Positions 52,001 through 63,858 are shown, counted from the first letter of the stretch. The stretch: 64,000 nt of DNA from Endomicrobiales bacterium (GCA_963794945.1 CAWCFT010000003.1:1-64000), one strand, 5' to 3'. Notes: generated by a model from the sequence alone, not told the origin. A program made the numbers and translations.

Positions 52001-54653
52001 AAAAATGAAAAAAGCGCTGAGATTAAATCAAAAGAAGAAACAATGGTGTCGCTTGTAAAATCACTGCAGGAGAACAAGGTCATTTATGATAGAGAGCTCG
52101 AGGCGCTCAAATCCAGTCTTGCCGCGGAACTGGAGCCGGTATCAAAGCGCAGGCAGGAGTTAAAAACGGATTTTGAACGGGCCAGAAAAGAGGCTGAAGA
52201 GAAGCTTGTCGCGGCCGCTAAAAGAATAGAATCTCTTAAAGCCGAGCAGGTAGCTTTGACCGCGGAATTTGAACGAAGACACGCTGAGTCTTCCGCGAAG
52301 ATGTCCTCCGCTAAAGCTGATTTTGACGGCCAGGTCAAAACACTGCTCGAACAGAAAGCTGGATATGAAAAAGAGGCAGCGGAAACTATAGCCGCCAAGG
52401 AATCTGAGATAAGCGCGCTAGAAAGCGAGGCCAACCAAAAGAAACTCGCTTTCGAAAAGCAAAAAGGGGGTTTGCAGTCACAGGGGCACTCGCTGATAGA
52501 AAAGGTTAAAGAAGAGATCTCGTCACTGGAAAAGGAAATGTCGCGGCTGGAAAAAGAATACCCGCAGGTCCTGCTGGAGCGTGAGAAAGAAATATCGCTG
52601 CTGACCTCCAGAATAGAGCAAAGATCTATAGAGAACAAGGACAAGTTGGACCTCGCAGAAAAAAGTACTGAAAATTATCAAAAGCGAGCTGAACGCCGTA
52701 TCACACAGCTTAAGGGGCAAATAAAGGAAGCGCAGGAGCACCACAAAAAAGAACTGGAATCGATCGAGGCCAGGCTCTCCAATATTCACTCGGATATAGC
52801 AAAGAAGGAGAATTCATACCAGGAAGAATTCTTAAGAGAAGGAAAAATATTTGCCGAGCAAAAATACGTTCTCGAGAAACAGAAAGCAGAATTTGGCGAA
52901 AAACTCAGGGACCTGCAGTTGTATTCAAGGGAGCAGTTGAGGCAAAAAGAGAAAGAAATACTTATCCTCCAGAGTGATCTGGCTGAAAAAGAAAAAGCCT
53001 GGGAAGAAAGTTGGAAGCAAAAGGAGCAGGAGCTGGCGATAGAAAAAAATTCGCTTTTGCAAGAGCTCGAGAGTCTTGACGCAAAGCTGAAAGACGAAGA
53101 GGAAACGGTCAAAAAAAGAATAAATGAAAAAGAACGTGAAATACAGTCTCTGGAAAATACATACTATACAAAACTTGAAAACATGTCGGCCGAGATGTCT
53201 TCAAAAAAGAAAGTGTGGGAAGACACTAATTTAGGCCTTAAGAACCAGGCTGAACAGCTAAAAAATAGCCTGGCCTCGCTAGAAAACAGTTGGGAAGAAA
53301 CAAAGGCACAAAAAGAGAAAGAGTTGTCCGTTCTTAAATCCAATCTTGAATTTTGGGAATTACGTTCAAAGAACGAAGAAGAAAAAAGACTGGCCGCGTG
53401 GGAAGAAGAAAGATCCGGCCTTGAGAGCAAAGTTAAAGACGCAGAAAATAAGCTGGCCGCGCTGAAAAAAGAATATTCTGCGAAGAACGAGGAGAAGGAA
53501 GCCGCGTTAAATGCCTTAAGGGTCCAGGGTGAAGAGAACGAAAAGGAAAAACTGAATGAACTAAAAAAGATTGAGACAGACTATACAGCGGCACAGAACT
53601 CACTTGCGCTGGAGATATCAGCCTGGGAAAAGAAACTCAAAGAAGAAACTCTCAGGACGGAGAAGGAAAAGAAAGAGATAGAGCGTGAGCTTGAAAAGCT
53701 GAAACTTGAAAGCGCCCTAAAAGAGAACGCAGCAATGTTCTGAGCAGCAAAAGAACGAAAGGAAATGGCGTAAACTCCAGAGAGACCTTGAAGAACAGCT
53801 GATAGACTATGAACGCCAATTTGCCGACGAAAAAGAGAGCTTAAAGAGTAAGCTTAACATGAAGGCAGAAGAGATCAGTACGCTTAAAGTAAGAATGTCG
53901 CTTAGAGAAGAAAGACGCCAGTCAGAGATAAAGCACCGCCAGGAAGAGACACAAAAGATAATATCCGGCCTGGAATCAGAGCTCAAAGTGCTAGAAGATA
54001 AATACGGTAATAATATGGGCGCCTTAAATACAAGCCTGGGAAAATCAAGAAAAGAACTTGAAATGTTGAAGCAAGAAGCTATGGAAAAAGAAGAGAAGTG
54101 GGAAAAAGAAAACGAAAGCAGGGAAAATGCCGCGTCGAGCGCATATGCTTTGATAAATAAAGATCTTGAGGATGTGGAAAACGAATTGAGAAAGGAGAGC
54201 GAAAGGCTTGAGAGGATGCTGGATATAAAGCAGAAACAAATCGCCAATTTGACAGCACAGATGCAGTCTAAAGAAGCCGGCCTTATAACTGAAAGGGATT
54301 ATTCTCAGATAATACTGCAGGGGTTGCAGAAAAAAGCCGGCGATCTTCAGGGAGTACTGAACAAGCTCCAAAGGAATGGCAAAGAAAACGAAAAAGAAGG
54401 TCTTGGGCGCGTTTTCGAAGAAGCTATCGAGCATTATAACAGTGGTAATTACGAGAAAGCGAAAGAAAAACTGGGGCAAATATTGAAATCAAATCCGGAG
54501 TTCGCCGGGGCTTATCAATATCTTGCGCTATGCAGCTGGAACCTGGGAGAAAAAGAAGAGTCTTTGAAACTTGCCAGGAAAGCGTTCGAGCTTGAACCCC
54601 ACAATGAAGAATTGAAACTCTGGATAGAATATATAGAAAAAGAAAGTAAATAA
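49082..54653 (+). CDS. Giant coiled-coil protein (~1855 aa) with C-terminal TPRs (frameshift near 53738)
   Basis: E/K/L/Q-rich with almost no Pro or Gly; ORFs 49082-53743 and 53859-54653 are contiguous in composition; TPR pair at the C-terminus; RBS GGAGG. Confidence 0.85.
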
Positions 54654-54678
54654 AAACAAATCACTCAGGAGGACTAAA

Positions 54679-57600
54679 ATGGCTGACGACAAAAAACCAA
54701 AAATTCCGCCTCTTCCGCCGCAGAGGCCGCCAATGCCGAAACCGGCGGGTGGAGCGACTATACCTAAAGCGGGCCTGCCACCCCAGGCGCCAAGGCCGCA
54801 AGGGGTGCCGGTTAAACCTGTGATGCCTGCGATGAAACCTCCGGTAGCCGAACAAGCTCCTGCGAAGTACGCGCAGGGAAATCTTTCTCCAGCATCTAGT
54901 GAAGTCGACGAGATAAGAAAACAAATGGAATCTCAGATCATGGGCCTGCAGTATCAGCTGCAAGAAGAAAAAGAAAAACTCCTTCTTCAGACAGTCCGCG
55001 CGAAAGAAGAAGAAGCTATGGCGGCGAAAGTCGAAGAATCTCTTAAAGATATACAAGACAGGTTGCGCCGCGAGAAACGCGAGCAGGAACTGCAGGACTC
55101 CTTAGCGAAGTCCGAGCTCCAGGTAAAGGAACTCGAGCAAAGGGTCAGTGCGGAACGCCAAACGTGGGTTGAAACTTTGAAATCGCAGGTCGGTCAGAGG
55201 GAGAGCCAGGATAAGGAGCTCGAGCGCGATTTTGAGTTGAAGCTTAAGGAACTTGAGCGGCGCTGGCACGAAGAGAAGCTTGGCTGGTCTCAGGCTCTAA
55301 GGGGTAAAGACGAAGAGGTGGCTAGGCTCAAAAGGGAAGCTGAAGCGGCCATTACCGCTGAAAAAGGCAATTCCGAAAAACGCATCTCACAGCTGGAAAC
55401 AGAAAGGGACGCTTTCAGAAGGGAGATCAAGGAGATCGTTGACGTACGTGACCAGGAACGCGCGATGACCGCCTCAAAACTCGAAGCTCGCGACAAAGAG
55501 TTCCTATCGCTCAAGGCTCAGCAGGCGATGGTAGTTACCCAGTTGCGCCAGGGAAAAGAAAAAGAGGACCAACTTAGGGCGCTTCTGGAAAGAATGCGCG
55601 CCGAGAAAAACGGCCTCATCACCCAGCTGGACGCGAAAGACAAAGAATACTTTATGCTAAAAACGCAGTTCGCTCTCTATCAGAACACGGGCAAAAACTG
55701 AGCAGGAAAAGCTGATGAAAGAGATGCTGCTCTATAAAGAACAAATGCAGAAAGACCGGGATAACTGGGAAGTGAATATAAAAACTAAAGAGAACGAGCT
55801 GAGGATAATTTCCGATAACGCTAAGGATCGCGAGAACTCTTTAAAACAGTTGCTTGAGAAAAAAGAGATTGAACATACGTCATTTGTCAGGGAATACGAG
55901 GACAAGCTGAGGGCTCAGGAAGCTGCGTTCAGTCAGGTTGTCGAGAAGAAAGAAAGCGAAGCGTCTGCAGCGGTCAGGAAGGCTGAAGAGAAGATCATTG
56001 CCCGGGAGATCGAGTTTAAACAAGCGCTTGAAAAAAAGGACCTCGAGAAGGTTTTGCAAATAAGAGAGATGGAAGAGAAGATGCGTTCCCAGGAAGCTGT
56101 TTTCAGGCAGGCCGCTGAAAAGAAAGAAATTGAATTATCGGCTTTTGCCAGAACAGGCTGAGGAAAAACTTAAAGCCAGAGAGATTGAGCTGAGGCACTT
56201 GATAGAACAGAAGGATGCTGATATAAAAGAAGCGGTTAAAGACAATGTGGTAAAGATAACGGCCCTCGAGCAAGCTCACGGTCAGCAGATCGCTCAGAAA
56301 GACCATGAATTCAGAAATCAGCAATTGCAGTGGATCGAACGTATTCAGGTGAAAGAAAAAGAGATCAACGCGGCCGCAGAAAAGGAGAACACGTTAAAGG
56401 TGAGGATCGCACAGGTAGAACAAGTTGTACACCAGCTGGAAGAAAAACTTAAAAATGAGACCGAGTCACTTATCGCTGAGCGGGCCCACAATGAACAGAA
56501 CGAGAGGGAGTTCAATGCCGCCATCGTGCGAAAAGAAAATGAGTTCAAAGAAGCAGTTTCGAAGCAGGAAGAAAAATTACGCGCCATTGGAAAAGAGCTC
56601 GCCGAGTCTCTTGCCCACTCGCAGATACTTAACCTCGAAATAGCCAAAAGAGAGCAGCAACTCATTCAATTCAAGTCTGATATAGAACGGAGCGCACAGT
56701 CGGCTGCCTTGCTAGCAAAAGAGAACGAGAGCAAATCAATAGAGCTAACAGAAGCCTTGTCTCGCGCTCAAGGCCTAAGCCTTGAAGTGGCGATGAAAGG
56801 TCAGCAGCTGATTCAGTTCAAAACGGAGCTCGATAGGAGCGAAAAAACAATTGAGGCGCTCAAGAGCGAAAACGAAATAAAAATAAAGGAATTAGCCGAT
56901 GCCGCGGCGCGTGCTCAGGGCCTCGGCCTAGAACTCGCCAAGAAAGAGCATGAGCTCGTTCAGGCAAAGATCGATATAGATAGGGCTTCACAGGCGTTCC
57001 TCGTCATGGAGAAGGAAAAAGAAGGCAGGATGAAAGAGGTGTCCGAGCTTATCGAAAAGAGCAGAGAACTCAGCTCTCGCCTTATTGAACAAGAACGTAA
57101 CAGTAGAGAGCTCTCAGAGCGCATAAGAGATAAGTCGGAAGAGGCCGCGCGTGTGACAGAAATTTTAGCGCGGACGGAGAATGAGCTTAAGGTGGCACGC
57201 TCGGGCTTCCTAACAGAACTTTCAAAAAAAGAGAATGAAATAATCTCTTTCAGGGAGAAAGACAGCGACTCAAGGGTCAAGATATCATCCTTTGAGCAAA
57301 GGATTAGAGAACTTGAGGAAAAACTTGAAAATGGGGAACAGGCCATTAAGGGAAAAGATGATATGCTGCGCGATAAGGAGACAGAACTTCTTATACAGCA
57401 GGAAAAGACGGAGCAGGCAAAAAAGGAGCTCAATGATAGACTTTTAAAAGAGCAGGAAAAATTCACACTCGCGGTCGATCAACTTAAAAAAGAGTCGGGT
57501 GATAAGTTATTACAGGAAGAATCTAAATTGAAGGCGCAAACGGATCTCTTAAAAGAAGAGGCCAGGAATGCCGTAAATTTGAAAGAGCTTGAAATAAGGG

Positions 57601-58676
57601 ACCTGAGGAATGAAAAAGAGAATCTGAAGACAGAAGCCGCGAAGATGTCGATGGAGATAGTTTCCAAGGAAAAGGATATATATGAATTAAAGAACAGCCT
57701 GCTCTCCAAGGAAAGAGAAATAACCCATGAAGTGGAGCGCAGGGAGTCTGTGTTTGCTGGCGAAAGGAACGCGATGTCGGAAAAAATACGGATGCTTGAA
57801 GATGCCCTGAGAGAGGCTCAGAACAATTCAGGGGAAGGGGCTAAGCGCCTGGAACAAGAACTCAAGGAAAAAGTAGAGGAGTTTACCGCAGAAAAGAGAA
57901 ATAAAGACGAAGCGATAACCGCCCTAAAAGCGGAGAATAATGCCTGGCGCCTGGAAAAGGAAAAGCTGCTCGAGCTTAAGGCCCAGTCTGAAGACATGAA
58001 CCAGGCGGAGCTTATGAGCGTGCAGAGGAAACTCTGGGAAAACAAAGAGAAGTCCAACGAGCAGCTCAAGGAAATGGAGCGGGAGATCACCGCACTCAGA
58101 GATGCTCAGAAAGACGTCGAAGAAAAGGTAAGAACGGAGCTACTGAATAAATACAGCGCGAAGATAATGGAGCTGGAAAAAGAGAATGAGACGCTGTCAA
58201 AAGATGTTTCTACAGAGGTGCGTACGCTCAGGAGCTCGCTGCAGGAGGAACTTAAGAAAAAAGAGGAGCAGCTAAGCACCGAACGCTCTAGCTGGGAAAT
58301 GAAGCTTAAGGAGAAAGAAGACATTATCGCCGACATGGCGAAAAAAATGGAGAGTGCCGGTGAGAAACAAAAGGAAAAGGACGTTATGTCCACCGTGCAG
58401 GCGATAAAGAACGCCGTAGAGACAAGAACTGTGGGCTCTGACGCTTCTATAAACGACAAAACGTTGGTCATAGAAAGGGCTAAAGACCTATTTGATAAAA
58501 CCGCGGTAATAGAGCCTCGTTCGAAAAGCGATGACACTATCCCGGCTGTTAAGGGCATAGACCTGCCGTCTAGCGATAAAAGGTCGCTTTCCGGTCTGAT
58601 CTGCGGTATATGGAAGAGCATCAACGAGCCCGTCATAGAAATTAACGTTAAAAAAAATGAAGATAGAAAAGGATAA
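54679..58676 (+). CDS. Giant coiled-coil protein (~1330 aa) with Pro-rich N-terminus (frameshifts near 55685 and 56148)
   Basis: Three abutting ORFs (54679-55701, 55715-56161, 56130-58676) of continuous coiled-coil character; RBS AGGAGG at the first. Confidence 0.8.
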
Positions 58677-59190
58677 TTTAGCTATGGGAACAAAAACGGA
58701 ATTTGAATGGGAAAAATATGAGAAGCGATTTGCTGAGCTGGAAAATCGTATTTCCTGCCCTTCGCGCCTAAAACCATCGGCCTCTAATAATAAATCAAAT
58801 GATATAACGGACTGTTTTGGGAAACACGATAGCCAAAAACACGAAGAAACAGTTGTTTTGCCTGCTGTGCGGGACAGCTCCTCTTATATGCTCGCAGAAG
58901 AGGTCAGATTTTTGAAGGCGGAGATAGCGCAGCTAGCGCAGATTAAAGAAGAGTCACTAAAACTCAAATATGACATAGCAAACATAGCAAGCCTTAAAGA
59001 TTCCGAAATAGCCAGACTTTTCGCAAGGAATAGACTGCTTGAAGAAGAAAATAACGGGCTTAAACTGAAGATCAGTAGATACAATTTTGACACTGCGGAA
59101 AGCTTCCGTGAAAGAGAACACAGGCACCATAAGAAAGAAGGACTGCTTGGATGGCTGAAGAAGCCTATGTTAGTTATTGAACCGGAATAG
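58657..59190 (+). CDS. Short coiled-coil protein of unknown function
   Basis: 177-aa ORF overlapping the upstream stop; heptad-rich centre; amphipathic tail GLLGWLKKP. Confidence 0.65.
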   Translation: MKIEKDNLAMGTKTEFEWEKYEKRFAELENRISCPSRLKPSASNNKSNDITDCFGKHDSQKHEETVVLPAVRDSSSYMLAEEVRFLKAEIAQLAQIKEESLKLKYDIANIASLKDSEIARLFARNRLLEEENNGLKLKISRYNFDTAESFREREHRHHKKEGLLGWLKKPMLVIEPE

Positions 59191-59194
59191 GATC

Positions 59195-60315
59195 ATGGGG
59201 CATATAAAGATATACATTTCGTTTTCGTTGCTCTGCGCGGTGACTTTGTTCTGCGTGCGCGAGCAACATGTCGCGCTCAAAAAAGATGCGTCCAATCCCG
59301 ACCAGCCTGCCGGGAATGGGCAATATTAAACCCGCAAAAACAGCACCTATATCTGCAACGCCGGCCGAGCAGAAAGGGGCGCCAGAAAAGGAAAAGCCAC
59401 AAGAGGTGAAAACTCCTGAGGCCGCCGAACCGGCAGTTAAGGAAGAAGAAACAGAACACCTTAGGAAGCACAATGCCGGGCGCAGGTGTTGAAAAATCAA
59501 CAAAAAGTGAAATAGCTCCGGAACCGGCGATAAAAATCAACGCAAGCGCAAAAGAAGAGCAGAAGGCGCCAAGCTTAAATTTGCTGCCGCTCAAAATTAT
59601 TTTTAGTAATTCTGGGAACGCAAAGTCACTGGATGACAATGAATCTCACCCGAGCGTAACCGTCAAGCAGCCTGTGCCTGAAGTCAAGCAGGAACAGACT
59701 AAGCCGCCAGAACCTGTTATAAAAGAAGAACAAAAGCCTGTACCAGCGCCCATTGAAGAAAAACCGCAGGAAACAGAAGAAACAATAAATACTCCGCCTC
59801 CTGTTCCAGTGCCAGAGCAAAAGCCGTTAGTTCAAGAAGAAGAGAAACAGGCGCCGGCCGCTCCGGTAAAAGAAACACAGGAAAATGTGGCCCAGCCTGA
59901 GCCGGTAAATAGCGCCGAGCCCGAAGTTAAAGAAAAAGAGGAACAGAAAAGCGTTATTGAGAAGAAGGCGGAGCCTGTCGAAGTGGAGCCGGCCCCCACG
60001 GCACCGGCAAAGGTGCCCGCACCGGTTCCTGCACTCATCCCGGCTCCCGTGAAGAGTGCGGCCAGCGTTGCAGGCGTTAAAATTGACAAACAGGCAAAGA
60101 AAAAATTATTTCTAGAGCATAAAAAGTCGCAACAGGCAAAAGCCGAAAACCAGCGCCAGGCCAGGATGCATACGGTTGTCGTTGGGGACAACCTGCAGTC
60201 GCTGGCCGAAAAATATTATGGTGATAAATCCATGTGGGTAAAATTATACGACGCAAATAAAGATAAGTTAGAGAAAGGCACGCTGGAAGCAGGCCAAACA
60301 ATTTTGATCCCATAA
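59195..60315 (+). CDS. LysM peptidoglycan-binding lipoprotein with a long Pro/Glu/Lys-rich linker (frameshifts near 59240 and 59465)
   Basis: Hydrophobic leader from ATG 59195, lipobox-like SAC|ASN, low-complexity linker, C-terminal LysM HTVVVGDNLQSLAEKYYGDKSMWVKLYDAN...GQTILIP. Confidence 0.8.
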
Positions 60316-60365
60316 ATTTCAGAACCGTTTTACATATGGGCCCATTAAACCGGGCGGAGGCTATA

Positions 60366-62424
60366 ATGGACGAATTTAAAGACATCGATACCGAACTCAT
60401 GAGGCTCAAGGAAGAGCTCAACTCAAAACATGAAGATTTCAGTCACGTGAAATTCCCATCGTCCGGTGATTACTGGCGTTCGCGCCTTGATGAAGAAAGG
60501 GTGCTCTGGGATAAAAAAGTTGTGCTTGGCAGCGAAGAGAGAAAGGCGCTCGAGAAGAAGCTAAACGAGCAGGAAGAGCTCCTTTCGCGCTACAACCAGA
60601 GCGTCAGGGAAATGGAAAGAAAGATAGAGAACGATACAAAACTCTGGGAGGACCGCCTAAGGATCAAAGAAGCCGACATAATGATCGAAAAAAGCCGGCT
60701 ACAAAGCGAAGCCAGGGTCAAAGAGATCGAGCTCGAAAGGCAGAGCCTCATGAAACACGTAACCGAGCTCTCTCTTAAAATATCAGAACTGCGCGACGAC
60801 CAGGCAGCAGAGATAGAAATACTGAACATGCATGCGAAGCAAGACGCCGACCTTTATGAACAAAAACTCAAGGTTGCTGCGGCCGAATCCGACGCGCTGA
60901 AGAACAGGATGTCCGATGCGGAGAGCGTACTGAAAGCCCGTATATCGGAACTTGAAAAGCTTAAAGAAGAGTACAGGGTAAGGCTTGAGGCAGCGGAAAA
61001 GAAGGCCGAAGAGGAAGCACGAGCAAGGTTCGCAAGCGATGAAGCGGCGTCAAAAACAAGAGCTAAGTCGGAAGAAGACAAGATCCAGATAAGAAAATCA
61101 TTTGAAACCACAACTATTAAATTCGCCGGTATCATCAATAAAGATGTGGGTGCCCTGGCCGGCCTTTCCGGCATTGCCGCCGATCACGAGCTAAAAAAAG
61201 AGACACTACTTATCATTAAAGGTTTGACCGGAAAACTGCAGTCGGAGTTGGGCGGGTTCGAGAAAGAACTTAACTTAAAATTCGATGTGGACGACAATTT
61301 CAAAGCCGCTATCATCATGAGTGAAGATGAAGCCGCCTACTGGGAAGCGGCCCTCTCCGGCACGCGCGTGACGATGGAAAAACTCGGCGTAAAATCGAAT
61401 GTCAAAAAGTCGATTCCCGCTTTGAAACCGTGCGTTTGTGTCGTTTCGTTAAAAAAAATCAAGGCGGCGAGAACGATCAAAGCCAGGTGGCCATTCGTCC
61501 CGGTTATAATATATGGAGAACTCCCCGAGAAACGCAAGGCAAAACTTGAAAAGGGCGGTTTCATAACGGTATCTTCATACGGAACAGCGGACGATATGTA
61601 CCAGTCGCTTTGCGACGCTGCAAAGAACAGCGCTGCCCAGCCGGACTACTGGGGCAAAGTAAAAATTAAAAGCAGGTGGGTCCTGCCTACTATGTACGCG
61701 GCCGCGACTATGTTGCTTGCCGGCCGGCTTCATTTACATGAACAACCCTGCCCTGCTCGAAAGGTTCGGCAGGGTGGCATCCTACAGCGTGCCTTACAGC
61801 CAGCCTTCCAATATAACATTTGACGGCGCATACCTCTGGGGCTGCGATTGGTACGGCCAGAGCATATACAAACATGACACAACCCAGGGGCTGAAGCTCC
61901 TTAGGATATTCTGTTTTCCCGGCAAGCATTTTACGGCTATAACCTGGGCCGGCGGCTACCTCTGGAGCGCGGACGCTTGGGAAAATAAGATATACAAACA
62001 CAACACGGACGATAACTTCACCGTGCTTGAGACCTTCTCTACGCCCGGCACCGCAATAAGCGGCCTCGCTTTCGACGGGAAAAACCTATGGTCGTGCGAT
62101 TCCTCGGCTGGCATGATATACCGCCACACAATCGACGCCAACCTTACCGTTGAGGACGCTTTCGAGAGCCCCGGCGCGAGCCCGTCAGGGTTGTTCTTCG
62201 ATGGGAAAAATCTCTGGAGCGTCGATTCAAAGATAAACAGGATATTCCGCCACAAGATGGATGCTACCCTCAGCGTTGAGAAGTCGTTCATCCCGCCGCT
62301 TTACGACCAGAAGAATTACAACCTCAGCGGTATCGCCATAAAGAACAACAAGTTCTACGTGTGTTCAGAAAAGCTTGGAAAAGTATTTAGTTTTCCCGCG
62401 GAGAAAATGGAAGAGGTAAAGTGA
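60366..62424 (+). CDS. Coiled-coil-degenerate REC-TM-beta-propeller protein (frameshift near 61720)
   Basis: Coiled coil, pseudo-receiver (KPCVCVVS...IKARWPFVPVIIY), TM, and a propeller paralogous to 43166-44386 (YSVPYSQPS vs YTIPYSNPI; FDGKNLW; RHKMD). Confidence 0.8.
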
Positions 62425-62467
62425 GCGCCTGCGGCGAGGCGTTTAAACCATAAATATTCAAATATAA

Positions 62468-62509
62468 TAAAAAAGCCCCGAGTCTCAAGACCGCGGGCTT
62501 TTTTATTTA
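62468..62509. terminator. Bidirectional intrinsic terminator
   Basis: AAAAAAGCCC...GGGCTTTTTT between convergent genes. Confidence 0.85.
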
Positions 62510-62528
62510 TAGTCAGTTAAGGAATATG

Positions 62529-62896
62529 CTATTTCGCTTTACGGCCCGCCTTCGCCAGAATTACTTTCCTTGCGCCGAACCATATTTTTTCTAGCGCGAA
62601 AGTGTCCCTCGATTCCTTGTTCATTACATGCACCACAAGACCGCCATAGTCGATAACGGCCCAGTGCGGCGAGCCTATCCCGTCCCGGTGCGACGGCAGT
62701 ATATCGTGTTCGTCGCGGAATGTCCTGTAAATACCGTCCGCTATCGCCCTTATCTGCGGCGAGGATTCCCCGTGACAATCAGGAAGTAATCCGCGATAGT
62801 CGTCAGCCGCGCGACGTTAAGCAAAACGGGTTTCAGCGCTTTCTTTGAGTCCGCGATCTCGTAAGCTTTCCGTGCGAGTTTAAGGTACTTGCTCAT
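62529..62896 (-). CDS. rsfS: Ribosome silencing factor RsfS (frameshift near 62770)
   Basis: Own translation: DSKKA...IADYFLIVTG/ESSPQIRAIAD...WAVIDYGGLVVHVM...R..FALEKIW. Confidence 0.92.
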
Positions 62897-62902
62897 AGTT
62901 GT

Positions 62903-63837
62903 TTAGTATGACTGCTTCGCGTTCGTCAGGCGTTGCCTGTCACGTTCCTCCTGTTGGTGTCGTATGTTCTTTATGGCTTCCGCGAGCTGGCTTGAGACGG
63001 TTGTGACGAGAAGCAGATGGCTGCTCCTGAATGCTCCCGCCGCGGATTTGCTCCACAGCAGAATAAAACCCATCAGCGCCGAATCCTTTGTTATGGGCGA
63101 AACAAGCAGCGATTTCGCGCCTTCTAAAATACTCTCGCCGAGCGGGCTTATGCTTTCAGGTGAAGCGAGGAGCGTGCCCGTCGCCTTCTGCTTTAACAAA
63201 ACCGCCAGAGGGCTTGCCGGGGAGACCTCTCTGGCGTCAGGGGGTGCGCGGCCGGATCAAATTCGTCGTTGAACTCGTTGTAAATGTAACCGCCCCGTCC
63301 TCTGCTTCCGGTATGGCGAGCAGCACCTCATCGAGTATGTTCTTAAGCATATCGCTTTCTTTCTTGTCGCCGGATATTATCTTGCCCGTGTGATAAATGG
63401 TCGCGAGCTCTCTCGAGGTCTCGGTCCAGCCTGTCCATCGTCACCTGCAGAAGGCCCGAAAGCACGCGAAGCCCGGCCCTGGGCTCGTTTGAAATGAACC
63501 TTACGAAATCGCCCCGCTCTATCTTCCACAGGGCCGAGTCCGTCATTGAAACGGCGCCTGCAGTCCTCGGCGAATCCGAGAAAAAGGCCATCTCGCCGAA
63601 AACGCTTCCCGGCCCAAGCACCGCCAGCGTTTTCTCGTGGCCTGGCCCCAGCTTCTTGGATATAGAGATTTCTCCCGAGCTTACTATAAAAAACGAATCC
63701 GCCGCGCGCCCCTGCGGGAATATCTCGGCGCCGGCGCTGAATTTTACTTCTTTCAGCATTTCTGATATTTTCAAAAAAAGGTTCTCTTCCAGGCCGCGGA
63801 AAACGAAAACAGTCCTCAAAAGCGCAAGTTTGTCCAT
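62903..63837 (-). CDS. Cyclic-nucleotide-binding domain plus GAF domain protein (frameshifted)
   Basis: cNMP domain (IFPQG...GSVFGEMAFFSDSPRTA) in ORF 63343-63837; GAF-like C-terminus (SLLVSPI...GFILL...F...L..VSSQLAEAIKN) in ORF 62903-63199. Confidence 0.8.
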
Positions 63838-63858
63838 CTTATTCCCTCCGGTACCTGC

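Noticed and set aside
49307..58636. Many minus-strand Ser/Phe-rich ORFs
   Set aside because: Antisense shadows of Glu/Lys-rich coiled-coil genes
49082..58676. Giant coiled coils as SMC/SbcC or phage tape-measure proteins
   Set aside because: No Walker A/B, signature or hinge motifs, and no phage genes nearby
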